Shown: in pieces, positions 22,440 to 35,429 of the stretch | Layout: each line of letters begins with the position of its first letter | Numbering within the stretch: the first letter of the stretch is position 1 | Origin: Cetorhinus maximus | Lineage: Eukaryota | Assembly (NCBI RefSeq): GCF_964194155.1 | Contig: NC_135899.1 | Span: 54,808,001 to 54,872,000 of the forward strand | Length of the DNA stretch: 64,000 nucleotides | Direction of reading: 5' to 3' | Made by a program: the position numbers and the translations under genes | Notes under the pieces: model-generated | The model's input: the letters and a program-made list of their open reading frames with translations, nothing else | Told to the model about the DNA's origin: nothing | The model's database searches: none

Positions 22440-22896
22440 CTGCTCCGCAGTTCATTAATTTAAAGAAGGGCAATGCTTAGTGGAACAGACCGCCACTTGC
22501 GGCACTTTCCACACCATGCGTCCGTCCAACCTCCCTCCTCAGTAATATCACTGCAGATTTGACATCCGTGGAAACAGACTTGAGAACAATCAGATTCATT
22601 TTTTGTAGCACCCTTCACGGCCGTCAGAAAGACAATGGTTTATTTTTCTCCTTATTTAGCTGCCTGAAATCAGAGGTCAGGAGAGAAAAAAAAAATACAG
22701 CTTTTGACCCTCTGAGTCGTAACTTCCAATGGAGTGGCAACTGAGTCGGATTGCCACACCGCACAAAAGCTCTGACCTGAAAATCCTGGCGACCCTCTTC
22801 TCGCCCGACCTTCCGACTCGAGCTGGGTGACATCTGCGTCGGACTCGGGGCCCGCGCGAGGTAAGGAAGCCACGCCCCCTATTTAACGGCACTGCA

Positions 22897-23009
22897 GGGG
22901 AGAGGTCAGGGAGGCGGGGAGAGGTCAGGGAGGCGGGGAGAGGTCAGGGAGGCGGGGAGAGGTCAGGGAGGCGGGGAGAGGTCAGGGAGGCGGGGAGAGG
23001 TCAGGGAGG
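22897..23009 (+). repeat. Perfect 19-bp tandem repeat GGGGAGAGGTCAGGGAGGC x~6
   Basis: Five full identical units plus one near-complete unit, counted directly. Confidence 0.95.
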
Positions 23010-23109
23010 GGACTGACAGGGTTGGAGGGGGAGAGTGCCCTTGGGGGTGGGCGTAATCCCATGATGTGGTGGTGGTGTGGTCTCTTGGGGTGGGGGGAAT
23101 GTAGTTGGG

Positions 23110-23520
23110 ACGGAAGTAGTTGGGGGGGGGGAGTAGTCAGGGAGGTGAAGGGGAGTAGTCGGGGGGAGCAGTCAGGGCGTGGGGGAAGCAGTCAGGGGGT
23201 GGGGGGAGTAGTCAGGGCATGGGGGGAGTAGTCGCGGGGGTAGTAGCCGGGGTGGAGCATCGGGGGTGGACCAGTCGGGTGGGGGAGTAGTCAGGGGGTT
23301 GGGTGTACCTGGGAGAGGGGAGTAGTCTGTGGGGGCAGAATTCAAGGTGGGTGGTGGGGGGGGTAGTCAGAGAGCGGAGGCAGTAGTCGGGGTGGGGTGG
23401 GAATAGTCAGAGGTGGGTGCTGTAGTCAGAGGTGGGGGGAGTAGTCGGGGTGGTGGGGAGCAGTCAGGGGGTGGGGTAATCGGGGTGTTTGGGGGTTTAA
23501 TAGTCAGAGTGTGGGGGGAG
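23110..23520 (+). repeat. Degenerate G-rich minisatellite (gtagtcaggg core)
   Basis: Repeated gagtagtc(a/g)ggg units separated by G runs. Confidence 0.8.
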
Positions 23521-26500
23521 ACACCTCGGGATTCGGTTGTGTGGGGAGACTCTCATGGGGGTGGTCAGTCTGGGCCTGTGCAATAGTTACCCAGAAGTTA
23601 AAAGAGGTTTTAATTTTTACAACTACTTCTGCGTAACCATTGATGTAAGGCAGTCGGAACCATATGAAGTTTGCAATTTAAATTTCATTTTCGGATGGTT
23701 CCCAGTGCAGGGCAATTACCCATGAGAAGTTTGCACTTCCCAGGCAATTGCCATGTAAACCTTACACAGAAACTACTGGGGTTGGGGGTGGTGGTGGTGG
23801 TGGTGGGTCCCTAATGCACCTTTGGGATACCCCTAGATATGAAGCCCTGGAGCCTGGAAGCTACAATTTGATGAGCTGAAGAGCGTACTGACAGGTGATA
23901 GCTGCAGTGCTTCTTTGGGACTGATAAATGGGAATGTATTAGCCCCATTTTCATTTAGAAACTGCTCCACCTTATACAATTGATACTGTTTCAACATGAC
24001 AAATGGGGCAATGTGTTTTCAGATTTTAGTTATTAGTTGGCCAACGACATATAGATTGAAAACCCTGCGCTGCCCTTCATTCAGTAGAATGATACTGCAA
24101 GAGATACCCAATGTTCATTTAACCAGGAAGTGACATAATGTTGATGAATTAATGACTTTCATATCAAATGTGTGGGGTTTGCCTCAATGATTTAATTCTC
24201 CTCTTGGCATTTTCTTCAGGTTTCCATAAGGCACCTATGCCAGCTGTTATATCCTTATTTATTCCTGCTTACAGATAAATTCACATTCGTGCTGCAGACA
24301 GCACTAAATGGTCACATCACATGGTAACACACTATAATAGTACCAAAATTCAGATCATAAATTGAAAACAAATCTCTTGCATTAATCGCATTTCTCTTTC
24401 CAAAAGCATTCTCTTTCATTTCCAGCCTCTTCCACCCATATCCAAAATGCTTCTTTGGAACTTAGCCTTCCAGTTAATCTCTTTCTCTCCTCTCTGCATC
24501 TTTGGCATATCTTTGCTTCGTGTTCTGTTTTCTTTTTTGTCCTGCCTTTCTCACCTTGTTCGTCTCATCCTGTGGTTCTCCTTCTCAGCCCATCTCTCTG
24601 GTGACACCACTGTTCCTCCTGAATTTGTGCCCTCAGCACTGTTACCTTTTTTCTCCTCACTTGACACCTCTTTTCTATCTCCAGAAGTTTTCTTCTCCTT
24701 AGGGTAATTGAGGCTAAGCAGCACTGAATGATAATTATTGCTACATTTAAATGCATACCATTAAAAAGGGAAACACTGGATAGGTAGGGCTGGACTTTTT
24801 GCATTGCAGGTGTCATGTTTTGGCCGCAAAAGTAAAACTGCTACTTTGTGTGACCTACGTGGAAAGCACAGCAGTAACTCAAGGTGGATACTGGGTTTGA
24901 CTCCAATCTGAACGAATGAATTTTTCTTCCCTATGCTTGTTGGTAACTGTTCCAAATGAAACTATTTATTGGCAGTCACAACTCAGCTGGGTTATATAGC
25001 AAACAAATAGGCTTATGTCTTCTGAAATGAAAATAAGGTAGTGAGTTGTACTTTACTTCTAACTTGCATGATCCCTGACCCCAAAGTGCCAGCTTCTGAA
25101 ATTGGGTGGCAAAGAGTCTTATTCAACACGTCTTATTCAACAGTGAATTTCCTCACTTTGAGCACAAAAAGATTTGCCACATTCCTGAAAAGGTGCAATA
25201 AAATTAATGAAAAAATAGAATCTTACATATTCACAAAATGAAGAGGATCCCCTCTTGGTGGAAAATGAAGACAGGTGAATAATTGAGTTTTCTGTGGTTA
25301 AGTCAAATGCAAAATTATGTAGTGCAATTGTTCACCCAGCATCTTAGGAGCGATGTCCACAGGTTAATACCACCACAAAAATAGCAGAGAGGAATTTAAA
25401 AACCATGTTAAGCTTTTGTACAATATTACATTATAACGTCATTTCAGGCTTCTTAGCTTTTGATTGATCCATCCCAATTGTCAGACCTGTCGTTTTCCAT
25501 TTCAGCAAAAAAGAGAGATTCTTAAATGCATACTGGCAACTGACACCTCTTGGATCTCTGTCTGAAGTAAAATATCAAAGTGCATGCAAAATAAATTCTA
25601 CTAGATATTGGGCATGCCAATAACTATTTATCCTGCTGGATCAAGAATTCTGAGCCTGTGAAAAATCAATTAAAAACGCTCAATTGCATTTCAGCTAATT
25701 ATGCAAGCTAAAACCTCAATTCCATGAATATAATTGCAGATAATAGAAGTGCAAGCAATTGAAATTCCACTGGATTGGGAAGAAAATAATCCAACAGCCA
25801 AAGCAACCTGTACAAAGCGTAGCAAATGACAAAAGCATGAAGATACAATAGTTGGTGCATTGTTTTACTTGATTGAACTTGACAGATAGGTGAACAGAGA
25901 CTCTGTGTGTGTATATATATATATATATTAAAAGTGATTGCAGACCCTGTATTTATACAGTGTGATACATAAATAATACTCAAATATCAGACAATTGTAT
26001 ATTGTGAGGGAACAGGACTCTACATGTGCAAATCATTGAGAAACAGTTGACCCTGTATATTCTTATTACTGAGGAATGGTAAACACGCTATACGTATATC
26101 ACAAAACAATTTGAGGCTTTGCACATGTATAACCGGGAAACAGCTGACCTTGTATACGAGATGGGAATATAAATGTATAACACCAGATGGTGTATGTGTA
26201 TATCACTGGGAAACTGAAGAGTGATAAACCCTTTTTGTTTTATTGAGAAATAAGCAATTTTTTATTAGATTCTATTGCGGTATGCACGATTCTTAGGATG
26301 ATAATGTTTCCCATGATATATTTAAAAAGTAAATACAAAAAATGTCTACCTCTTAGTAACAAAAGATGACAAGTACCTGTGGGGGACATTTAAAAATAGA
26401 ATTGTTTTGGATTTGGTTTGTTTCCACCATTAATATCTTGACAGGATGACTCTTGTTGAGACCGCAAAGACATTATAAAAGCCTCAATTGAACAAGAGTA

Positions 26501-27139
26501 AAGTTTGATTTGGTCAGTGAAAAACAAGACAGCGTTTCAGTTCTTCAGAACAACTCGACCATTAATCTTCACTACCCATGTTTTTTTCTTATAATGAATA
26601 TAAACAATTTGAGTGATATTGTTGCTCATCTCCAATAATTTTACAAACCAACTAATTTGGCAACAAAACAAGATTTTACAACTTTTATAACAACTTTTAT
26701 AAGGTGATGATTGAATATTTTATCTGCAGTCTCTCACTACTTCTGGCTTGTGCTCACTGAAAAAAAAATGCACAAAACCTTGCATCTTTATATGCATAGT
26801 GAGTGGGACTAGCATGGTATACAGCTGGCATACCATTTCCTGTCATCTCCAAAAGATAGCAAATACCACACAGTCAGACTATTATGTTCAGGCTAAAACA
26901 GATTTTCAGATTTTTCTCTAAGTAAGATTATGCACAGAAACAGTACAGAGCAAGGAAAGAATGGTGGAAAATATTTAAAGCAATACAGGTAGTGTCAGTC
27001 CACCAGGAGGTAAGAGAGTCTCTTTTGAATGTAGATTTCTGCATTCTACAAGACTTGTGGTGAAACAGTCTTTTTGTAGACTTTCCATTGTGATGTCCTA
27101 AATGAACGCCACAATTTTGGAGTTGACCTGAGTGGGTCA

Positions 27140-29180
27140 AGATTGTATATAGAATACTTGCCTTTATTAGCTGAGGCGTAGAACATAAGAACTGGGTGGT
27201 TAAGCTGGAAGTGTATAAAACACTAGTTCGACCACAGCTGGAGTACCACATGCAATTCTGTTCACCACACTGTAGGAAAGATGTGTTTGCACTAGAATGG
27301 GTACAGAGGAGATTCATTAGAATGTTGCTTGGACTGGAGAACTTAAGTTATGCACAAAGATTGGATAGACTAGGGTTGTTTTCTTTGGAATGGAGGATGC
27401 TGAACGGAGACCTAATTGAAGTATATAAAATATGTGACATCTAGATATGGTTAGGAAGGCCCTATTCCCCTTTGGTGAGGGGTGTATAACCAGAGGGCAT
27501 AGATTTATGGTAAGGTATAGGAGGTTTAGAGGAGAAAATATTTTCTTCCAAAGGGTGGTGAGGATCTAGAACTCACTGCCTGAAAGTGTGGTAGAGGGAG
27601 GAACGCTCATAACATATAAAAAGTACATGGATAATTTTTTAAAAATTTAGTCATGGGATGTGGATGTTGCTGGCTAGGCCAGCATTCATTGCCCATTCCT
27701 AATTGCCCTTGAGAAGGCGGAGGTGAGCTGCCTTCTTGAACCTTTACACCCACAGTACTGTTAGGGAGGGAGTTCCAGGATTTTTGAACTAGCGACAATG
27801 AAGGAATGGCGATATATTTCCAAGTCAGGATGGTGAGTGGCTTGGAGGGGAACTTCCAGGTGGTGGTGTTCTAATGTGTTTGCTGCCCTTGACCTTTTAG
27901 ATGGTAGAGGTCGTAGCATTGGAAGGTGCCGTCTTAGGACCCTTGGTGAGTTCCTGCAGTGCATCTTGTAGGTAGTACACACTGCTGCCACTGTGCATTG
28001 GTGATGGAGAGAGTGGATGTTTGTGGATTGGGTGCCAATCAAGCATGCTGAATTATCCTGGATGGTGTCAAGCTTCTTGAGTGTTGTTGGATCTGCACTT
28101 ATCCAGTCAAGTATTCCATCATTCTCCTGACTTGTGCCTTGTAGGTGGTGGACAGACTTTGGGAGTCAGGAGGTGAGTTACCCGGCACAGGATTCCAAGC
28201 CTCTGACCTGCTCTTGTAGCCACAGTATTTATATGGCTAATCCAGTTTAGTTTATGGTCAATGGTAACCCCCAGGATGCTGATAATGGGGGATTCAGCAA
28301 TGGTAATGCCATTGAATGTCAAGGGGTAGTGGTTAGATTCTCTCTTGTTGGAGATGGTCATTGCCTGCCCTTTGTGTAGCGCCACTTGTCAGCCCAAGCC
28401 TGGATATTGTCCAGGTCTTGCTGCATTTGGACTTGGACTGCTTCAATATCTGAGGAATCATGAATGGTGCTGAACATTGTGCAATCATCGGCGAACATCC
28501 CCACTTCTGACGTTATAATGGAAGGAAGGTCATTCATGAAGCAACTGAAGATGGTTGGGCCTAGGACACTACCCTGAGGAACTCCTGCAGTGATGTCCTG
28601 GAACAGAGATGATTGACCTCCAACAAACACAGCCATCTTCCTTTATGCTAGGTATGACTACAACCAGTGGAGAGTTTTCCCCCTGGTTCCCATTGACTCC
28701 AGTTTTGCTAGGGTTCCTTGATGCCATACTCAGTCAAATGCTGTCTTGATGTCAAGGGCAGTCACTCTAACCTCACCTCTGGAGTTCAGCTCCTCTGTCC
28801 ATGTTTTAACCAAGGCTGTAATGAGGTCAGGAGCTGAGTGGTCCTGGTGAAGTCCAAACTGAGGTAATTGCGAAGCAAGTGCCGCTTGATAGCACTGTTG
28901 GTGACCCCTTCCATCACTTTACTGATGATTGAGAGTAGACTGATGGGGCAGCAATTGGCTAGGTTGGATTTGTCCTGATTTTTGTGTACAGGACATAGCT
29001 GGGCAATTTGCACATTGCTAGGTAGTTGCCAGTGTTGTAGCACTTGAAGTGGCATAACCTACAAGGCTATGGGCCAAAAGCCGGAAAGTGGGATTAGCCT
29101 GATAGCTACTCGTCAGCCAGAGCAGACACGATGGGCTGAATGGCCTCCTTCTGTGCTATAAGTTACTGTGATTCTATGGT
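27140..29180 (+). mobile_element. CR1 3' fragment split by a nested LINE
   Basis: ORF 27196-27444 (YKTLVRPQLEY..); CR1 resumes at ~29040 (cacttgaagtg..gaatggcctccttctgtgct). Confidence 0.85.
27640..29040 (-). mobile_element. Second CR1/L2-group LINE family, RT + 3' tail
   Basis: PISLLSIISKVME, AGVPQGSVLGPTIFSCF, MFADDCT, LGVTID..W..HI; tail shared with the SINE at 1592. Confidence 0.9.
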
Positions 29181-29749
29181 TATCACAGAGTTTGACTTTG
29201 CAAGTGAACAAAACTAATGTTGGATATCTATGATAATGCCTTTTCAAGCTAAAATGAGCATTTAAAAAAAAAAATTGTCAGCACTGTTAACATTGAGACA
29301 CGGATTGTCTGCATCCAGCCACATCCCTTTGTGGAGCGGCCTTTGAAATAATGGTGTTCCCCCCCACCCCCATCTTACGGACTTGCACACGTTAACACAT
29401 TTCAAAGATAATTTAGCTCGTGATTAAGAACACTTTGACGCAGTCAGTTTCTGAGCATAAAGAGTGACACAACAGTGCAAAAGACTAGAGACTCATTAAG
29501 CTGCTGGATGGATCTCAGGCTTATATATTGATCAACCCAGAAAGACTAAGGGATACTTCTAAAGAAACAGCTTGTGGACGCATGTTTTTAAACCATTATT
29601 TGTCTAAGTTCCCTAAAATCACAAAGAAAACTGTCAGCTTGTATATTTTTTGGCACATAATGTGAGTTTACCTTCATATAATCAAGCTATCTGGAAAATA
29701 AAATGATCCCACATTTTAACTCATTATTATGAAGTCCTATGAGTCTGGT

Positions 29750-29925
29750 TGTTGCAAATAGCATAGATGAAATTAAGGGGAGGCTAAATAAGTACATGAG
29801 AGAAAAATGAATAGAAGGATATGCTGATAGAGTTAAATGGATAAAATGGAAAGAGGTTTGGTAAGCATAAATGCTAGAATAGACTCATTGGGTTGAATGG
29901 CCTGTTTCTGCGCTGTAAATTCTAC
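29750..29925 (+). mobile_element. CR1 3' tail
   Basis: Ends ggttgaatggcctgtttctgcgctgtaaattcta. Confidence 0.7.
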
Positions 29926-32279
29926 ATAATTAGTTTAGGAATTGAGACTGGTGCTCTGCCAGCTTTAAGGATCTCTCTGGTGGATTTTGTGTGAAAAAAG
30001 AATGCAAACAAAGTTAAGATTTTTATTGAACATATTAGTGTGAAATGCCGCAGTGCAGGTGTGCTACCTCTTTCCTCCCCCATTCTAGCTATTGCAAGCA
30101 GGATAAACAAAAACTGTCGGACTCCTGTACATTGCCAGAGTGTTCTCCTGTAATTTCAGGTTTCCTGCATTTGCAGGTTTTATTCATCTGCACCTTACAG
30201 TCAGCATAGATCGAGGGTTAGAAGCATTGGGATCATTTTTACCTTCAATATGCTTGGGCAGTAAACTGGCCCCAGAACAGATCTCCTGGTTTAAACCTGG
30301 GTAAATTTTCTCCTATGAGGTTCAGCATGCTTTACTCCTAACTTGTAATCTTACTAAAGAGGCTTCTCTGCTGATGGCTGCAACGGCATGAGCAAACCTA
30401 AGCGCTAAGTCGATTGCTGCCATGGCAAAATCTCGACGTGCGAATGACTTCCTGCTTATGGCCATTAGATCTTATCCTATATTCACTGATGTGGAAGAAA
30501 AAAATCAATTATTGTTTGAAAATGAAACTATTAAAAATAGCTCCAACCTCGAACTGCAGAAGTCAAAGATTTCTAATAGCGTTTAAATTGAGATTCAGAC
30601 AAAATCTTCGTGTCAATGCATACAATTAAAATCCTGAGATGAATATTATATGCAACTGCACTCCTTACAACTTGACAACAAATGAGAGAAGCATCAAAAT
30701 AGAAAATAGGGCTTTGTTCAATTTAAAAAAAAGAATATTCTCTGTTAAAATTCATAGTCGACAACTCCCATTTCCATTCATGTGTACTGTCTATCAAATG
30801 TCACCAACTGAAGTTTGTAATAGTGATTTGGTTTTGTTCTGAATTAATGTTCTAAATGAATATTGTAGGACAACATGAAGGCTGAAAGGAGCAGAAGACA
30901 GGATAAACTCGGAAATAATTGTTACATGATACCAAACTTAGGTCTGATCCAGGCACCACCATCTTGAGTTTGGGGCAGCTAGCAGACCTTTGCCTCTGCC
31001 AACTAACTAATGGGAGGCATATCAGAGCACCTGCGGGTGTGAAAATCCCCCTGCCTTACTGTTGCAGAAGACCCTCAAAATCCACAGATGTGACATCCTA
31101 GCATGAATGATTGAGTGCACCCTTCCTGGACTCTCCAGCCCTGGCCCAATGCACTTTCCAGGGTGAGGGTGAGCTTCATTAATTTTAATAATTCAGGAGG
31201 CATCATCTTATGCCTGTCATGGAAGAGTGACACATGTGCACAGGCTTCCCAACTGAATGGGGCTGATGATGTTAGATGAGGACAAGGGTTGGGTTTGACT
31301 GTTTCTTGCAGCACAGGTCAATCGCTCAGGACAGGAGCAGTGTTTCTCATTAAATATTGCAGTTCCTATCATAACAACTTTTCCATTTCCAGAAATTGTT
31401 GGAGTCTCATTAGAATTGTGCCTCTTTGTCAATTGACCAATTAGTTGCTGAATAATAAAACTGCAAAAGCCATTGACAAAGATATTTCAAGACCTTGTTG
31501 AAATCGCCAGGTGTTTTTTTTTCTTGTCAATACAGGAGTTCCAATCAGACAGGACTGAATAACAAGCAAGATATCAACTTGCTGTCTCCTTCACACTCTT
31601 CTCCCATGTATAAGTAAAATGTATCATCTACATTTCTCCTCTGATGGATCTGTTGAAGGTTACTAGTCAGCAAAATAATATACAAAGGTACTAAATAATC
31701 CAGATTTCCGAATGCTCACAATGTGAATTCTGACTATGGTTTTACTCAGCATTTGCAAGTGCAGCAGCTGCAGGCTTCTTAACTGTTTCTCAAGGTTGAA
31801 ATTCTCCCTATTCTACTTGCTCTTCTCACTTGAAAACCTCCTTCTATTCCCAGGCTGTCTTAGTAAGTAGAGACTTCTGTTTTCTTTTTGTTCACTATCA
31901 GTCATAGTCATTTCCTTTAGAATTACTGATGATCAATGAAGTAAGGAGGGATATATTTTGTTTATCATTCTGCTATCCTTTTTTTTCATTGTCCCTCAAG
32001 TTAACAGTCCAGGAATCTCTTCACTTGGATTAAATGGGTAAATACCATAGAGTCTGAAATAAAAATGAAGTGATTGTAAAAAAAATAGACCCAGTGAAGT
32101 ACTTTATACTGTAGGAAGTGGAAATGATCATTATTTTTCATTTGAGAAAAACAGCTTATTTATATAACTTATTTACTCCACCTGGGACTTCCCATGTTGC
32201 ACACAAGCCTCAACCAAGAAATCAAATGGCGAGCTGCTTCCCAACTCCTTCGTTGTTACTTTGAAAGCAGCCAATAAAA

Positions 32280-32670
32280 AGTTGCACAATCTACAAGGCA
32301 CAAGTCAGGAGCGTGATGGAATACTATTCAATTGCTTGGATGAGAGCAGTTCTAAAAACACTCAAGAAACAGAACATAGCAGTTCACTGGATTGGCACCT
32401 CATCTGCTGGCTTAAACACCCACGCCTTCCACCACCAACATACCACGGCTGCAGTATGTACTACCTAAAGGCTGCAGTGAAGCCAAGGCTTCATCGGCAA
32501 CACGTCTCAAACCAGTGACTTCCACCAGCTGGAGAGGCAAGAGCAGGAGGTGCATGGGTGCACCATCACCTTCAAGTTACCCTCCAAGTCACTTAACACC
32601 CTGACTTGAACATATACCACCATTCCTTCATTGTCGCTGGGCCAAAATCCTGGCATTGTCTACCTACCTA
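32280..32670 (+). mobile_element. Decayed copy of the second LINE family
   Basis: Matches the reverse complement of ~27760-28150 (ctacaaggcacaagtcaggag..ccctgacttg..ttccttcattgtcgctgg). Confidence 0.7.
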
Positions 32671-32689
32671 CAAAAGTAACTTAACTCTG

Positions 32690-33025
32690 TTGCAAGCACT
32701 CTGCCCTTTGAGTCAGTAGACCATGGGTTCAAGCACCACTCCAGGGTCCTAAACACATAGCTTAGGCTGACACTTCACTGCAATAGTAAGATATTGTTGC
32801 CTTATGGATGGGATAGTAATGACAGCTTCAGGAGAATATAAAAATATAATGGAACTATTCAAAAAAGAGCAAATAGTTTTACCAGCATATTGATCAATCT
32901 AATTTCCCCAAGAAACATCATAAAAAAACAAATACACTGGTCATTCATCTCATGTTCTGTTTTTGGGATCTTCCCATTCATACATCAACTGCATAAGTTT
33001 CAAAAGTAATTCAAGGGATGTGAAT
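32690..33025 (+). mobile_element. Deu-domain SINE (SacSINE1-like), decayed
   Basis: tRNA-like head (tgagtcag..gggttcaagc) and body similar to 36950-37355. Confidence 0.6.
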
Positions 33026-33958
33026 CAATGGGTATGTTCTTTTGTTCTTTCTTATTTTCTTTTGCATCTTCCTTTTTACCTCTCCTCCCTAATCCTTACC
33101 ACCCTTTCTCCACATTTTTCCTTCCTCATCCTTCAATTTACTCCTGGGTTTTAAATCTTTCCATTTTTCTCTTCTCCTCTCCTGAAGGCCAGCATCTCAT
33201 GGAGGTATGACTTCTTCAGACACTAATAGCTGTTTAGTACCAGGCTTTAATGACAAATATTTATATGTGAAGATGGACTCTGGGGATGGATTTGTCGTCT
33301 ACTGCCGGGAAGGAACCATGAGAGGATGCAGTTAAAATGGAACAGGGGTTTACGCACTCTTTGCTCATTCTTCAGTTGAACTCAAGAACCTCCTTTGTCT
33401 GCATAGTTTATGACCACAATATTTACTCATTGATTCATCAAGGTAGCCTGTTAAGTTATATTTTTTATCCAGCAGATATCAAAGCAGATATATTTTATAA
33501 ACTGCCATCCTGATTTTCACACGGATTATGAAGACAGTGATGGAGATGGGGTTGGGGAGGATTTCCAGACTGGAAATCCCTGATGGTCTGCAAAAATTAC
33601 CTAAAGGATGCCTTTTAAATGTGTTCAGTAGAAGGCCACAGGGGGTGCTGGTGCAGGGGAGTCAGAGATCGGCGAGGGTGGGGTGCATTAGAGATTGGGG
33701 ACAGTGGGGAAGTTGGAGATCAGGAGATGGGGGGAGTTGAAGATGTAGGAGGATGAGATGAGCAGTCAGCCGGTTGAGGTGTGGATAAAGAAGTTATCTT
33801 GCTAGGCTTGGAGAAAACACTCCTGCAGCACCTGGCCCACAAGCAGTGCTGTAAATGCACTTGCCTCATGGGCTTGTCCTCCTTTTAACCTTCTGGGATT
33901 TCTGAGCCTCGAGAAACTCAGCATCCACTGGTTAAAATAAAAATCCTGCTGAAATGGA

Positions 33959-35189
33959 GGGCAGAATCGTCCCAGATTTGCACTTGTGATGTTTTACCCG
34001 CCGGCCACGATGGCGATTTTCAGGCTGTATCATCCCAAACCTTCCACATTAGTTATGCATTCCTGGGAAACACGCCGTTTCCATGGTGGATGGGCTCCCA
34101 TTCGCCCGCCACGCCATCATCTCGCCGCTTCATCATGCATTTAAGTATAGCCGCGTTCAGTGCTTCCAGACCAGGATTGCAGCAAAGAAGACATGACCCC
34201 GAAAGGCAAGAAGACAGCAGCCCTTGAGCACCTTTTGGATGCTCTAGAGGCCTGCTGTGATGTCCTCCGGCCCCCGCTCTGGCTGCAGGGGGAGCAGCAA
34301 CATTACCAATCCGGCTTGGTGGGCGATGGCAATGCCACTGTTGCACAGAAGAGGTTGGCCGTCCAATGCAGATAGAGGATGAATGATCTCACCCCATGCA
34401 GCCAGGGTAAGGCAACCATCTCATTACTCTAAACTCACACACTCAAGCCCACCACACATTCACTGTCATCTCACTCACTGCCAGCTCAAGGGACATCACA
34501 ACCCATTCTCATGTACATAGCTTCACATGTCCATCTGGCTTCATCTCCTCTGAAGACTGCCTCCTCAGCACTCACCATCTTGAAGCCACTTGTATAGATC
34601 AACATGTGCCCCCACACACACCCTGGGATACCCTCATTCCCAGCACAGCTCTCATCCTGCAGCCTCTTCCCTTGCCTGAGGCCACCTCTCCCCAAGCAAA
34701 ACCTTGCCCTGCAGACATTGAAAAGCCACCCACGTATGGTGGATCTGATAGGTAGAGACCTGCCCGTGAGCCCCCCTAAAAGTGATGTGATGCTGCCTGC
34801 GAAGCCCGGTGCTGATGACTGCGAGTGCTACCCGAAGCAAGGTAGGCAAACAAACCGTGAAGTCTTGAGCGAAATGCAGGCTGCCAAGTACACGCCCTAT
34901 ATATGCTGCTGTGAAACACGTCGGCGTGCTTTCCCGCTGATGTGGGCGGATGATCCAACGGGGGGGATGGGGGTGGGGGGGATAAGTTTGGTGGGCTGGC
35001 CTTATAGTGATATGCTGATGTATTACAATGAGGTTCCCGACGCCCGATGGCGGGAAGGTGGCCCGTGCAGAGTGAATAACCGCAAACTGGTTTCACAACG
35101 TTATGAAAACGACTTTTGGCCTTCTCGTCATATTTTCCGCTCAGGCCACCAAACATGCCTGACGCTGGCGGGCGTGGAAAATCCCAGCT
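33959..35189 (+). mobile_element. Harbinger derivative with truncated Myb/SANT exon
   Basis: Ends gggcagaat.. / ggaaaatcccagc; 34190-34405 encodes LEHLLDALEA..AQKRLAVQCR*RMNDL followed by donor GGTAAG. Confidence 0.7.
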
Positions 35190-35429
35190 GGAGGCACACA
35201 GCTGTCTTAAATAAACTTACTGACTGATATCTCCTGAGACCGGATTGTTTGCTTGCAAACCCCCCCCAACCCACCCCTGACTTATGTATATCTATTAAAT
35301 CCAGAAGTAGGCAGGTTAGAGATAGCTTTGAGATTTTTCAAATTTTTACCTGCCACCTGTCCCCGAACCCACTTGGCCTTGGGGGTTAAAACTCTCTCCT
35401 ATGTACCTGTGTGTTTTGAATTTGTTGTT

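Larger units (their letters stand above)
22712..23868. mobile_element. Non-autonomous DNA transposon with internal G-rich minisatellite
   Basis: Imperfect inverted ends gtaacttcca / tggaagctac; CpG-rich left end. Confidence 0.5.

Noticed and set aside
24400-24710. Purine-rich minus-strand stretch resembling a charged coiled-coil exon
   Set aside because: Stops in all frames over the stretch, no clear splice sites, no recognisable domain
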